Notes under the pieces: model-generated
What the model was told of the DNA's origin: nothing
The model's database searches: none
What the model saw: only the letters and a program-made list of their open reading frames with translations
Translations under genes and position numbers: made by a program
Part shown: piece after piece, positions 27,731 through 39,253 of the stretch
Layout: each line of letters opens with the position of its first letter
Numbering within the stretch: position 1 is the first letter of the stretch
DNA from: Cirrosporium novae-zelandiae
Taxonomy: Eukaryota
DNA length: 64,000 nt
Direction: 5' to 3'
Assembly (NCBI GenBank): GCA_026023565.1
Contig: JAPETS010000017.1
Coordinates: 124,001 to 188,000 of the forward strand

Positions 27731-28069
27731 GATGAAATGCTTGGTGATTGGTGATGGTGTGTAGATAAGATAATGAGATTGATGGATTGATTAATTATCT
27801 AAACTCCGGGAGCCCGATGGAGGCACGTGAAAGGCAATCCTCAACATGATACAAAGTACTTATTTTGGGACTAGCGTGGGAAATTTCCGGAGAAAATGTT
27901 GTTCCATTTTTACTTCGGTGAACGAAGACAATCGGAGTCGGCGAAATCGGCATTTCAACAGATGCATCCCAAAGCTCCATCAGCTTTCCCACTTCCCTCA
28001 ACAATCTTCCCCATTTCTTTAAAATCCCCTCTCTTAACCTCGACAACTCTCCAGTCCTCACAATTCATC

Positions 28070-29574
28070 ATGCTGTCGAGGGCTTCCTTCCGCTTAGCTA
28101 GGGCTATGCCCAGAGCATCTCCCATATCATCCTTCAGAGTTGCTCCTGTAGCTGTTCGCCGGGTTACCACAGATGCCGCTTCGTCGCATACCGAACGGGA
28201 AAATGTTCCTTCAGTAAGTGAACAGTTAAACTCCCAATTGCTGCCAGAATTTAGGGATAAACCTCACATTGCTAACCATATTTTTCCTCCAGGAAGATGA
28301 CAAGCCTTTTGAAATCAAATTATCCGACGAGTCCTTTGAGACCTACGAGCTGGATCCGCCTTCATATGTCCTGAACACTACCAAGAGAGATCTTAAGCAA
28401 ATGTACACTGACATGGTGACAATCCGGTGCGTTTCTAACCTTTACATCTCTCCCGAATAATTCCAGAGCTCAATTGTAGCTAACCAACAATTTTTCCGTA
28501 GCCGGATGGAAATGGCCGCGGACCGCCTGTACAAGGAAAAGAAAATCCGAGGTTTCTGCCACTTGTCTACTGGACAAGAAGCTGTAGCCGTTGGTATTGA
28601 GCATGCTATTTCCAAGAAAGATCATCTCATCACCGCCTACCGTTGCCACGGCTTCGCGCTTATGCGTGGTAGCACCGTAAAGCGGATTATTTCTGAACTG
28701 CTTGGTCGCCGCGGTGGAATTTCCTACGGCAAAGGTGGTTCCATGCATATGTATGCTCCTGGATTCTTTGGCGGAAACGGTATCGTCGGCGCGCAAGTTC
28801 CTTTGGGCGCTGGGTTGGCCTTTGCTCACCAATATGAGGGTCTTGATACTGCGACAGTTGCACTCTACGGTGATGGTGCTTCGAACCAGGGTCAGGTTTT
28901 TGAGGCCTTTAACATGGCTAAGCTATGGAAACTTCCCGTTCTTTTTGGCTGTGAAAGTAAGCTCCTTCTGTCAATTCAATCCCTGGACCAGTTGAATTGT
29001 CTGCTAACATTCCTCCGTAGATAACAAGTACGGTATGGGTACCAGCGCGTCCCGTTCCTCGGCCATGACCGACTACTACAAGCGTGGTCAATATATTCCC
29101 GGTATCAAAGTCAACGGCATGGACGTCCTCGCCGTCAAGCAAGCCGTTGCCTTTGGTAAAGAATACACCGCCGCTGGCAACGGACCCCTCGTCATTGAAT
29201 ACGTCACTTATCGCTACGGAGGTCACTCCATGTCAGACCCCGGAACAACTTACCGGACCCGCGAAGAGATCCAGCGCATGCGTAGCACCAACGACCCCAT
29301 CGCCGGACTCAAGCAAAAACTCCTCGACTGGGGTGTTACATCCGAGGAAGAGCTAAAGACGCTAGACAAGGAGGCCAGAAAGGCGGTAGATGAGGAGGTC
29401 AAGGAGGCTGAGGCCATGGAACCCCCAACCGCTGATGAGGAAACCCTATTTGAAGATGTTTACGTCAAGGGCAGTGAACCTCCTTACCTAAGAGGAAGAA
29501 CCGTAGACGAAACATTTTATTATTCGAGATTGGAAGGCCGTGAGAAGAAGGAATTTGTTACCCAGACTTTCTAG
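28070..29574 (+). CDS. PDA1: Pyruvate dehydrogenase E1 alpha subunit, mitochondrial; three introns
   Basis: Arg-rich targeting peptide, [16 protein letters not shown]-binding [15 protein letters not shown]…[17 protein letters not shown]. Confidence 0.98.
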
Positions 29575-30751
29575 ATGCGTATACGTCTCGTCGCTGTTGA
29601 TTGGTTGGTGGGTGGGTGACCTGACCTGGCATTGATTGTATCCGAACTTGCTAGTAAGATTCATCGCGAGGATACTCAGCTTAGTCAGTCCGGAGACAGG
29701 GGGTAGGGGGATGAAATATCTTAATCGGATACTATTCTCAACTGTATAGTAGCTACTGCAATATGATGTGATGCAATGCGGTGCCCTCTGGAGACTCGAG
29801 ATGAAATGGAATGAAATAGTAGGGGGGAGGAGGAAGGTAAGGGGAGCAAGAGGAGAGGAAGTAATAGCATTTTTAAACCCAACCAAATATACAAAATCCT
29901 ACTTCCTGTTTTTTTTTTTGCCATTGCATGTGTATGATACTTTCTTCCTTTTCTTTTGATCTCGGTGAGAGATGCTCGTAACGTAAACTACGAACCACCC
30001 TCAAGCCTAACCAAAAAAAACCCCCATTAGGGGGGGAAATAAAGAAAAAGGAAGGAATATTTCATCAGCCAAAATCTTTCTACGTACGTCCCTGTTTTAT
30101 TTCTCCTCCCTACTAGAACTATAAATTAGAAGATGATATTTCCCATTTCCAACATATACTCATTGATGCTAATTAATTAATAACAACGACAATAAAACAA
30201 ATCAATAAAGAACCCCTCCTCTCTTCTTTCTTTTTTTTCTCTTAAGATGAAAACACAACGAACAAAATTCCATAATTTGTTTTTTTTTTGTAAAATACTT
30301 GTTTTGTATACTATATATATATATATTACACAGCATATACATACATACATATCTATCTACCAAATATTAAAATCTAACTCAAAAAATTTGTTTGCTTGCT
30401 TACTTACTAAAAAAAAGGGGGAGAGGAGAAGGAAAGATAAGGACTTGGATATTCTTTTTTTCTTTTTTTTTCTTCTTCTTTTTCTTTCTTGTTAATGTAT
30501 AATTAATGAAAAAGGGATTGAATTTGAATCAAGTTGGATAAATGAATGAATAAAGAAAAATAAAGAAAGTATTTTATATGTTTCTTCGAGCCTGAGCCCA
30601 AGTCAACCCACTCCCACCTCCTTTTGTTATGCAGTAAAGGAACCAAAAGGGGCCAACTACAAAAGCGAAGTCATAGATATCCTAAACTAAAACCAAACCA
30701 ACCCAAGTAGCAAATCAATGCCTTAAAAAAACCCCCTCCCCCTCCCCACAT

Positions 30752-31851
30752 TCACACAAACTCCACCTCCCCCCCAACAGCATTCTCTCTCGCCCAATTC
30801 CACACACCATCCATATCGCGACACGATTTCGTAACGGGCAGCTGGGGGAGAGGCTTTTTAGCAACGGGGTCGGATTGCCAGGAGATGGGGGTTATGTCGG
30901 CGTTGCAGAGGAGGGATTGACGGAGCCAGTCTAGGCAGTGGTCTTTTTTTTGTGTTAGTAGTAAGAGGAGGAGAGAGAGGTATTTGCTACCAAAAAAAAA
31001 AAAAAAAAAAACATACCAATATGTTGAGCATCCTTCCCCCCAAAATTCCTCGTTGTCCCGTCACCAAAAAAGTAATCGGTGAACTCGCTTCGATACCGCG
31101 GCACCTCGGGGACATACAAAGCCTTTCTGATAAGATCGACGCAGTGGATCTGGTGGAACACCTCGAGCTGGATGAGGTATTGATCCGGGTGGTCGGGGAC
31201 GGTGAGGGTTTTGCTTTGGAGCTTGGAGGCTTGGGTGAAGGAGATTTGGCTGTGCATGCTTTCTGTGATGGGGGGAGGGGTTTGTTGGTTTGATTTATTG
31301 TGGGAGATTAAAAGGGGGGAGGGGGTAGAAGATAGAGTGGAGAGATCAGGAAAAGAAAAAGGGGATTATGATTATGGCTATGGACTAACCGTTATAAAGC
31401 TCGTTCCATGCGGCGTCAGTTTCGATATCGGGAAGGCCATCAACCCCTTTCGCCATATAGGCTGTGCGGACATGGATCGAATCCTCTTGCACTTTGGTAT
31501 GGTACTCGATGATATCTTGAACCGGCGCTGAAGTAGCCATCCATTAATTTTTTGTCAGAAGGAAGGGGGGGCTCCTAAGTCTCAATCCCACGAAAAGCCT
31601 AAAGGTGAGTAGCACTTACAATATATTTGTGTATTCACGTTCGTGCAATTTCGTAGTTTATGGAGAGCAATGGTTGCCAGCATGGCCAGTATGGAGATGG
31701 ATGAAATTAAGGAGAGGATGGAGATGGCATGTTTGTATAAGAAGGCGCGGAAACCGCGGTTTGCGGGGTGGTGGTGGGTTTGCCATGCCACATCCGCGTC
31801 GCCTTCTTTCAGGAGATGATATGTTTCCACGTCTTGAAGATTTTCTGACAT
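30752..31851 (-). CDS. DUF3328 / UstYa-family oxidase (fungal RiPP tailoring enzyme), membrane-anchored; exons 31851-31620, 31527-31390, 31262-31017, 30942-30752
   Basis: Spliced product has an N-terminal TM helix, IYSPVQDIIEY, TDAAWNELY, LEVFHQIHCVDLIRK, HIDHCLDWLRQSLLCNADITP and CRDMDGVWNWARE. These are the family hallmarks, including two HXXHC motifs. All three introns are GT-AG and phase-consistent. Confidence 0.93.
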
Positions 31852-33735
31852 ATTGGAAAGCGAATGAAGATGGGATCTGAAAAAAAAGGGAGTTTTCAAA
31901 AGGAGTTTCAATAGAAAATGGGAACAGAAAAAGTTGGGGATTCAAAATTCTCAAAGCTGGGGGATATCTATTCATCAGAATTTCCCCGCAACTACGGACA
32001 ACAAGTTCGACGGAATCACAACTTGCTCTAGATCGTTTGGCTTCGTTTGCTGACGTGGTTTCCCCGAGCAAGTGGCGGCATGAGGTAGGATTGGAAATAC
32101 CACTTCGTGTTGATTCAGTTTAGTGACCTGTCCGCATCTTTTATCCATTATCACACAGATCGAGATCAGCATAATATGCCAACTTCCCATTTTGGTTGAT
32201 ATATCCCGTTGAAGGTGGCGACATTGCGGACACGGGTGAAATACGAGCATCATTGGGTGTTTCTGGCACACACCAGATGCACATCACAGAAAGCAGAGTC
32301 ATTAAGACACGACGACAATGGCTGAGGAGAGCATCGGAACCGAATAGTCATACAAGAATGGGTTATGCTACATGAACACGGTAAACAGAAAGCTGTAGGC
32401 TAGAATTAGGGTTTCTGGTACCCTATGGTCCAATTAGTTAAGTCTGAAAGGTGCATGAAAGGACACTCGAATATCCTCGTGTTGCTATACTGTTATTAGG
32501 GCTTGTTAAAGCCATAGACATGATCGCCACGCAAACGAAAGAAATAAGCCTCGAGAAGCCGAGTTTGAGCTAATGCATCAAGGTTGGAATGTGGGGAATA
32601 ATATTGGAAGATCTTGACCGTCAGCAAATAGCATAGTGTGGGGTTCGTTGGTAGAGCTATGAAGCCATATCAGTAATAACTGCATCTGCTAAAGGGGGAC
32701 ATTATTATTTGGTATTAGTACATTTGACTTGAGTTCCTCGTGGACATACTGACAAACAGCAAAGAGACACACTCGTCTTGGTATGGTTTTCTTTCACTTT
32801 TAAATCACAAGTATTGATTTGAATAGATGATTGGGTGCAATATGAATCACGAAATGTACACATCGTGTTGCTGTAAACAATAGTATACTTGGAAACTTGC
32901 TTGCGGAAACAGCTATATAAAAGTCACAGGTTCGAGAATGTACCTAATCGATTAGAAATCTTGAAAATATTACACTATCTCCTAAGTCTAAGCTTATTTT
33001 ACAAAATTCTTGAGCTTAGCCTTATCTTACGTAAGACTTTTTGCAAAATGTGGCAAAACGTGATGTTTAGGTGGTCAGTGAGAAGATGGAGCTACTGCAG
33101 AACGCCGGATGTGATGGGATGAGAAGGGATGAGAGATATAGAGAATGATGTGATTGTCACAGAAAAGATCGACACTCTGAGAGGTGGGAGGATAGAGAAG
33201 AGAGGTACTAAAGGTTCTGTTCGAGTTAAAGACTCATCTCACATAAGCTCCTAATTGAAATATCACCTACTCTTAATACATTTCAACTATTCCTTTGTTT
33301 CAAACCCAAAGCTTGTGCATATGGATATACGTTATTTCAAGAAAATGGGCTTGAAATTCAAGCTCCTCCTGACAACCCTCTAAGGCGGCAAGGTCCTGGT
33401 AGGACGGGGTCAACATCACTTTGTCCACTAGTTATTTAGATCGAATGAACACAAGTCCACGGGATATTAAGATGTGGCCTGCAATTATGCCTCCACACGC
33501 TTCCAGCTTAGGTGTCATAGAGCATCGAGGGTGAAAGACGTTTTGATGATGCGTCTTCCCAGTGACATGAGCGGCGGACAGTATGGATTTTCGTGGTGTA
33601 TTGTGGCTGCCTCTAACGCCCGAGCTTTCATATTTGTGTGATAATTGGTGCACATGCAGAGTTTCAATGCCCCTTCTCAAAGACTGTTGGTATGTGAAGA
33701 AGAGATGGACGTTGTGCTATGAGGAAGGCAAATTC

Positions 33736-33742
33736 TATAAGT
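33736..33742 (+). promoter_or_regulatory. Putative TATA element of the repeat-precursor gene
   Basis: TATAAGT about 115 bp upstream of ATG 33851; supported by position only. Confidence 0.4.
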
Positions 33743-33850
33743 AGGGGAGTGTCTGCCTCGATATCTGCAAAATAGGCATATAATCCTTCCAAGGACTTTT
33801 GAAGAACCAAGTTCTATAACTTATCTTGTCAGCCTAATTTCACAATCACT

Positions 33851-34742
33851 ATGAAGTCAACAGTCTTCGTTGTCCTTGCCTCTGCCCTTATCCAAGGCAT
33901 AGTCCTTGCAGCTCCCACTCCGTAAGTGGCCTATACATTACCATGAGTTCAGCTCTGACAAGTTTGAAATAGTTCACCATGGGAAACCAATGTTGAGAAG
34001 TAAGATATACCCAGTGCTTCCTAATAGCCAAGACATTAACATAAATATAGCGAGAAGCGGTCCCCAGAGGCAGAAGCGGTAGCAGAAGCAGAGCCGTAAG
34101 TAGTATTACATGTTGTTCGTAGTTAAGGCTAAGATTTCTGGAAGTGTTCCATGGGATACTACTCTTGACAAAAAGTGGGACACTACCCTTGACAAGAAGT
34201 GGGACACAACCCTCGACAAGAAATGGGACACAACTCTTGACAAGAAATGGGACACTACCCTTGACAAGAAGTGGGATACGACCCTTGACAAGCGATCACC
34301 ATGGGACACTGCAATCGATAAACGTGCTCCATGGGAAACTAATGTGGACAAGCGTTGGGAGACTAGTGTTGACAAGCGTAGCCCATGGGAAACAAATATC
34401 GACAAACGTTGGGAGACCGATCTTGATAGGCGTGTCCCATGGGATACTAGCCTCCACCGACGTGCTCCATGGGAGACTGATCTTGGTAAGCGTGAACCAT
34501 GGGAAACCGACCTCAGCAAGCGCTGGGAAACCAATGTCGATAAACGTGCCCCGTGGGAGACTAATGTCGATAAACGCTGGGAGACGAGTGTGGACAAACG
34601 TGCTCCATGGGAAACCGATATTGATAAGCGTTGGGAAACAAGTGTGGACAAGCGGGCTCCATGGGAAACCACCATTGATGAAAAGCGCTGGGTTACCTCT
34701 CTCGACAAGAAATCTCCATGGGAAACCGAACTTGAAGGGTAA
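33851..34742 (+). CDS. Secreted Kex2-processed repeat protein (KEP), candidate RiPP precursor with 23 W-[DE]-T-x-[LIV]-[DE]-type cores; exons 33851-33921, 33973-33999, 34051-34095, 34145-34742 (246 aa)
   Basis: Spliced sequence: MKSTVFVVLASALIQGIVLA-APTPSP-WETNVENE-KR-SPEAEAVAEAEPVP-WDTTLD-KK… . It has a signal peptide, three phase-2 GTAAG introns, and 22 more cores separated by KR/KK/RR. Confidence 0.92.
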
Positions 34743-35465
34743 AGTAAGATCCATCCTTGAAGGCAAAAAAGTAATACTGCAGTACTAAATGATAATCCAG
34801 AACCAAGACGAAGAGATGGCCGCAGCAGCCCGAGTTGCTTGAAAAATAAACTGACCATAAGCCAATGTTGGCTGTGAAGAGGCTTTTGAGAATGTTCAAA
34901 TTCAATTGATTTGTAGTTGATGTCTGGGTCTTATGGAATAGCGATTGTCAAAGTTGAATTACAGAGATGGGTGCTAATGCGTGTGTGAAATGTTTGTATC
35001 TGTTACTGTCCTGATTCCACCAGGCAGTGTTGCTATATAGTTTAGAAGAAAATACAGCCACTGTCTTTACCTACGTTCTCTGTTTTCCGCATAATATTCC
35101 TAATAAATTGATATGGAGTAGCAATATTAGTTTGGGAAGCATCATAAAAGAGAAGAATGCTTACTATGGCTTTAAAATAAGAATGCAAATCCATCACAGG
35201 ATCATAAGTGTCAAAGCTGACCAATAGCTAGGTACCCAGGGAGTTAACGCTGAACCACTAAGCTCACATTAAAATAAGAAACCAACTTCGAATAAGAAGA
35301 ATCATGTCTTCAATATCCAGATCAAGTCAATTACTATTTAGAAAATTAGAATTATCACGCTGTCAAGATATTATTTTCAAGTCATAAAAATACATGGGAG
35401 ATCGTTGACGGTTGCTGATCCTGACGCCTCAATCCACCAATCCATTTCGTTACACAGAGCGTTTC

Positions 35466-37134
35466 TTATACCTTGGCCCTTTTACTATCCACAGAGGCTC
35501 CGTCGTCTTCACCATCCTCATCCTCATCTATAATCTTTCTTTTACCTTTCCTCTCCACTCTTTCTACTGGCTCGTCTTTCTTATCCTCACGTGCTTCATC
35601 ATTGCTATCACCTGACTTCTTCTGCCATATACTAACCAATCTTCCGTAGTCCTCCTCTACACTTGTAACAGTCTCCTCTAGTTTCTCAACTCTATCAGGT
35701 TTTTCCAACTGCTTCAGGACATCCTTGTGTTTACGCCATAATCGCTGCTTCACTAGCAATCTCCACCAATAATATCTCCTATCGTTCTCATCTTTTGCTC
35801 GATATTTTTGCGTGAGGGCTTTGATCGGAGAACGATGGGCAGGCGGGATTGTTGTAAGGAGGTATAGTTCAATTAGGCGGGCTAGTTGACGCTGTGATAA
35901 TTTTGTAGCTGCAAGCAGTGGATAAAGGATGTGGGAGGATGGAGATAGAAGAGATGACGGTGAAATACGATGAGCTGGTTTAGTGGGGGTAGTAAGAGTT
36001 ATTTTTGGTAGAAGTGCAGATGATACAAGATTGGTATAATCACAGTAATCACGAAGATCATCAAAAGCCTCGTTAGGGTCCTCAACAGTAAAATCTTCAA
36101 TTGTGGGGTCTAAGAGGACGAATTTGTAGATAGTATTATAGAGGTGAATGCCATGGGAAGCATGCTGGTGCGCAGGAATGATAAGAAATTGGGATATGCG
36201 AAAGCGGGAGGGAAGCTTCGTGGGCGTCGGAGGAGAAGGATCTGGAATATGAAGATCAAGTTTTGCTGACGGTTTTATGAGACATGATTTCTTCCTGGGT
36301 TCTGGTTTTGGGAGCGTCCAGAAGCGGTAGGTGGTGGAATAGCCGACGAAAGAATAAGGTGAGACATTCGTATTAGGTTTGGTTGGTTGAACCTCATAAC
36401 TGGCGTTGAAGGTTAGTAAATATATTTAGGAAATTCCCTTGAAAGAAACTGAGGACATACATAAAAAACACCCTCCATCGTTCTAAAGTCCATTCTTGGT
36501 CATCCAGGTTAATGGATGTCCCTCCTTCGATGAAAAAGGAGATGAGAATCTGAATCCGTTCAACAAGTTCCTGTACCGAAGGATCGGTGAGAAGACCACT
36601 CCAGATTTCGAAATTGCGACCTTTACTTGAATATCTTTGAACAAGTTCTCCAGGGGGCTTAAATGGTATGGATGCTTGTTTCGTTTGGACGAGTTCGTTG
36701 AACTTGGTAGGCTTATCGAATGCGTCTGTAAAGATATGATTAATTTATATCAGAATGGATGTTTGTTTGAACCTACATTTGGGCAACCATTCACTCATAA
36801 TCTCCTTAACATCGGTAGCTTTGGTATCACCAACAGTCTGAAACTTTTTTTTATATGTAATATCGACATTGGGCAACAGGTCATCAGCAGAATACCGAAG
36901 GGCTATATTTAGACCCTGATATCCAAATATTATTTCTTCATCTCCAAAAATCGGGTAGGTGAATCGTGGATGAAATGATGAAAGTGTCTTCAGATCGTCT
37001 TCTGGATTCTCTGAAGGCTGCAGGAGGCTTATGGTAACGGCCTCATTGGCATCAATTGACCCTGTCAGATTGTTAGAATATCCTACGATGATATTTGGGG
37101 ATGTTGTAGACATACATTCGTCATTATCAGCCAT
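35466..37134 (-). CDS. HAT1: Histone acetyltransferase type B catalytic subunit Hat1; multi-exon
   Basis: Spliced N-terminus MADNDEWSIDANEA, FHPRFTYPIFGDEEIIFGYQGL, FFIEGGTSI, RFRISQFLIIPAHQHASHG, TIEDFTVEDPNEAFDDLRD, VKQRLWRKHKD. Confidence 0.93.
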
Positions 37135-37861
37135 GGCTAAAGAATTAAAGATGAGAAATTATTTGCGATGGATGATGGCAAGACGCCGATGGTGTGTTTG
37201 ATAGCTCTGCCTATAGGAGAATTCTCCAGTATTGCTTGCCCAAGATACCTAGGTACCTATCGATTAATAACGAGTCGGATATATCAGAACGTGCATCAAA
37301 GTTTGGCTCCTCTAGTGCGTCTGCGGATTTGAGCGTGGGAGCAGGTGCTTTGACAATGCAAGCTCGGTGTTGCACGCGTTCGCGTTTGAGGTTTCGCGAA
37401 GCTCTTTAGAGAAGCGAGGGAGCTCATAAAGTGTTAGATAATCGTGAGTCGTGACGGTGCAGCGGACTTAATTCTTTTTGAGGAGTCTTGAATAATTGAT
37501 ATAGTAGAATGGAATAACCAAAATATTCTGGTATGATTCGGGATATTTGGGATAGTTGGCTTCGTATTGAAGCAAGAGAAGTCCGACAATCCCACACCTC
37601 CTTGGTTCCTTGGCCGAAGCTTCACACGCCTCATAAAGAAAGAGCCTCAGCCCTACGAAACTCTCCCAATTATTCTAATTGATCCTAATCTTGACAAAAC
37701 CATCTCCCAATCAAATTATATCCTCACCACAAAAGGAGTTATGTTTCTGTTCTTGATAATGTGCCTTGCTATGATCTGAGTTTCAACGAGAACACGTCAA
37801 AAACAATTGGAGATTTTAACATTCTTTGCCGGCGCCTTTGCGCTGAGTAGAGGCCAACAAG

Positions 37862-39253
37862 ATGGAAGGTCTTTTTGTACTTCTCACCCTCTCGGTGGTT
37901 ATGGCTTTAGCGCAAGTTTCTTCCACTCCTTCTAGCCTTGTCAATGCTAATGCTATTTCCTCTAGATCCTTCCTGGCCGGTTCTTTGCCTTTGTCCTTTT
38001 CGCTGTCCCAATCACGCTTACGCTTAATATCTACAATTGGCATGGGAATATTGGTGGGAACATCATTGATTATAATAATACCTGAAGGAGTGGAAACATT
38101 GTATGATGCCAGCTCATCTACACATACTCATCAACAGAAAGATGTAATTGGGGAATCACTGAAAATAAGGTGGAATTCTGCTCAAGCCCGAGGCCTAGTA
38201 GAGCCAGGTCTTTCAATCATACAACGAGCCCAGGACAGTGGTGATATAAAGCTTTTTGATGAAAAATCGGATCTGAAAAAACCGTCTGAATTGACTATTT
38301 CAACAAGTTCGATTAGCCCCTTAAGTGCATCCGAGTCAACACTCTCAACGGTTCAACATTCGTCTACTACCAAATCAGAAGAAAAGAATGTAGATGAGGA
38401 TGAAGAAAAGGAAGAGGGGGAGGAAAATGATAAACACCACGAAGGTCACTCGCCACATGTATGGGTTGGAATATCGTTGATTTCCGGATTTGTTCTGATG
38501 TATCTCATTGACGAGCTTCCCCGACTTGCGACCTCCTCGACGAAAAAGCCACATCCCTACCATATTTCTTTGAATGATCTCGGGCGAGGGTTTCACCGAG
38601 CAGGTTCGCCGTCAAGGGATGAAGAACGAAACGGGTTTCTCGGCTCAGGCCCCTCACGATCTTCACGATCATTTTCTACAACTATGGGCTTGGTAATCCA
38701 TTCCGCAGCTGACGGAATAGCATTGGGGGCTTCTTCTTCTGGAACCAGCACCGGACTAAGTCTAATCATATTTCTTGCTATTATGGTTCACAAGGCACCC
38801 GCAGCCTTTGGCCTTACCTCGGTGTTATTGAAACAAGGCCTATCAAAACGGGAAACAAGAGCTCATCTTGTAATTTTTAGCATGGCTGCTCCATTGGGAG
38901 CACTGGTTACCTGGGTAATTGCAAATGCACTTGGTGGAGGGCGTATGGGCGTGGAAGGGACAAAGTGGTGGACTGGTGTTCTATTATTGTTTTCAGGGGG
39001 AACCTTCCTGTATGCCTCCTCTTCCACAACAATTTATCAACCAAAAACTAACAAATAACCTAGATACGTGGCAATGCACACAATGCGAGATGAAAGCACA
39101 TCCCCTCATCACCACCACGACAGCAGCCATGCAAACGGTTACGCAGACTCCCGAGAATCAGGGCAGGAACCCCGAAGATCTCTCCAAGATGTTCTAGCAG
39201 CCGTATTCGGCATGATCCTACCTTTATTTTTACAATTTGGCCATGCTCACTAG
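37862..39253 (+). CDS. ATX2: ZIP-family (ZIP9/Atx2-like) Zn/Mn transporter; GC-AG intron 37912-37965 and intron 39010-39063
   Basis: GTSLIIIIPEG, GLVIHSAADGIALGAS, IMVHKAPAAFGL, FSGGTFLYVAMH; multiple TM helices. Confidence 0.9.

Noticed and set aside
34152..34740. CRISPR-like or non-coding tandem array
   Set aside because: The context is eukaryotic, and the units are 24-30-bp in-frame coding repeats without unique spacers.
33851..34742. Interpretation as an alpha-type mating pheromone precursor
   Set aside because: It shares the processing grammar and N-terminal Trp, but the cores are heterogeneous acidic 6-8-mers without the Cys/GQP pattern of ascomycete alpha-pheromones, and a DUF3328 gene is adjacent. 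A signalling role is not excluded.
34106..34858. Antisense 250-aa ORF (VSHFLSR/VSHGARL repeats) and other overlapping frames over the repeat gene
   Set aside because: They are by-products of a stop-poor repeat. The signal peptide, splice sites, dibasic sites and synonymous-only variation all support the plus-strand W-core frame.
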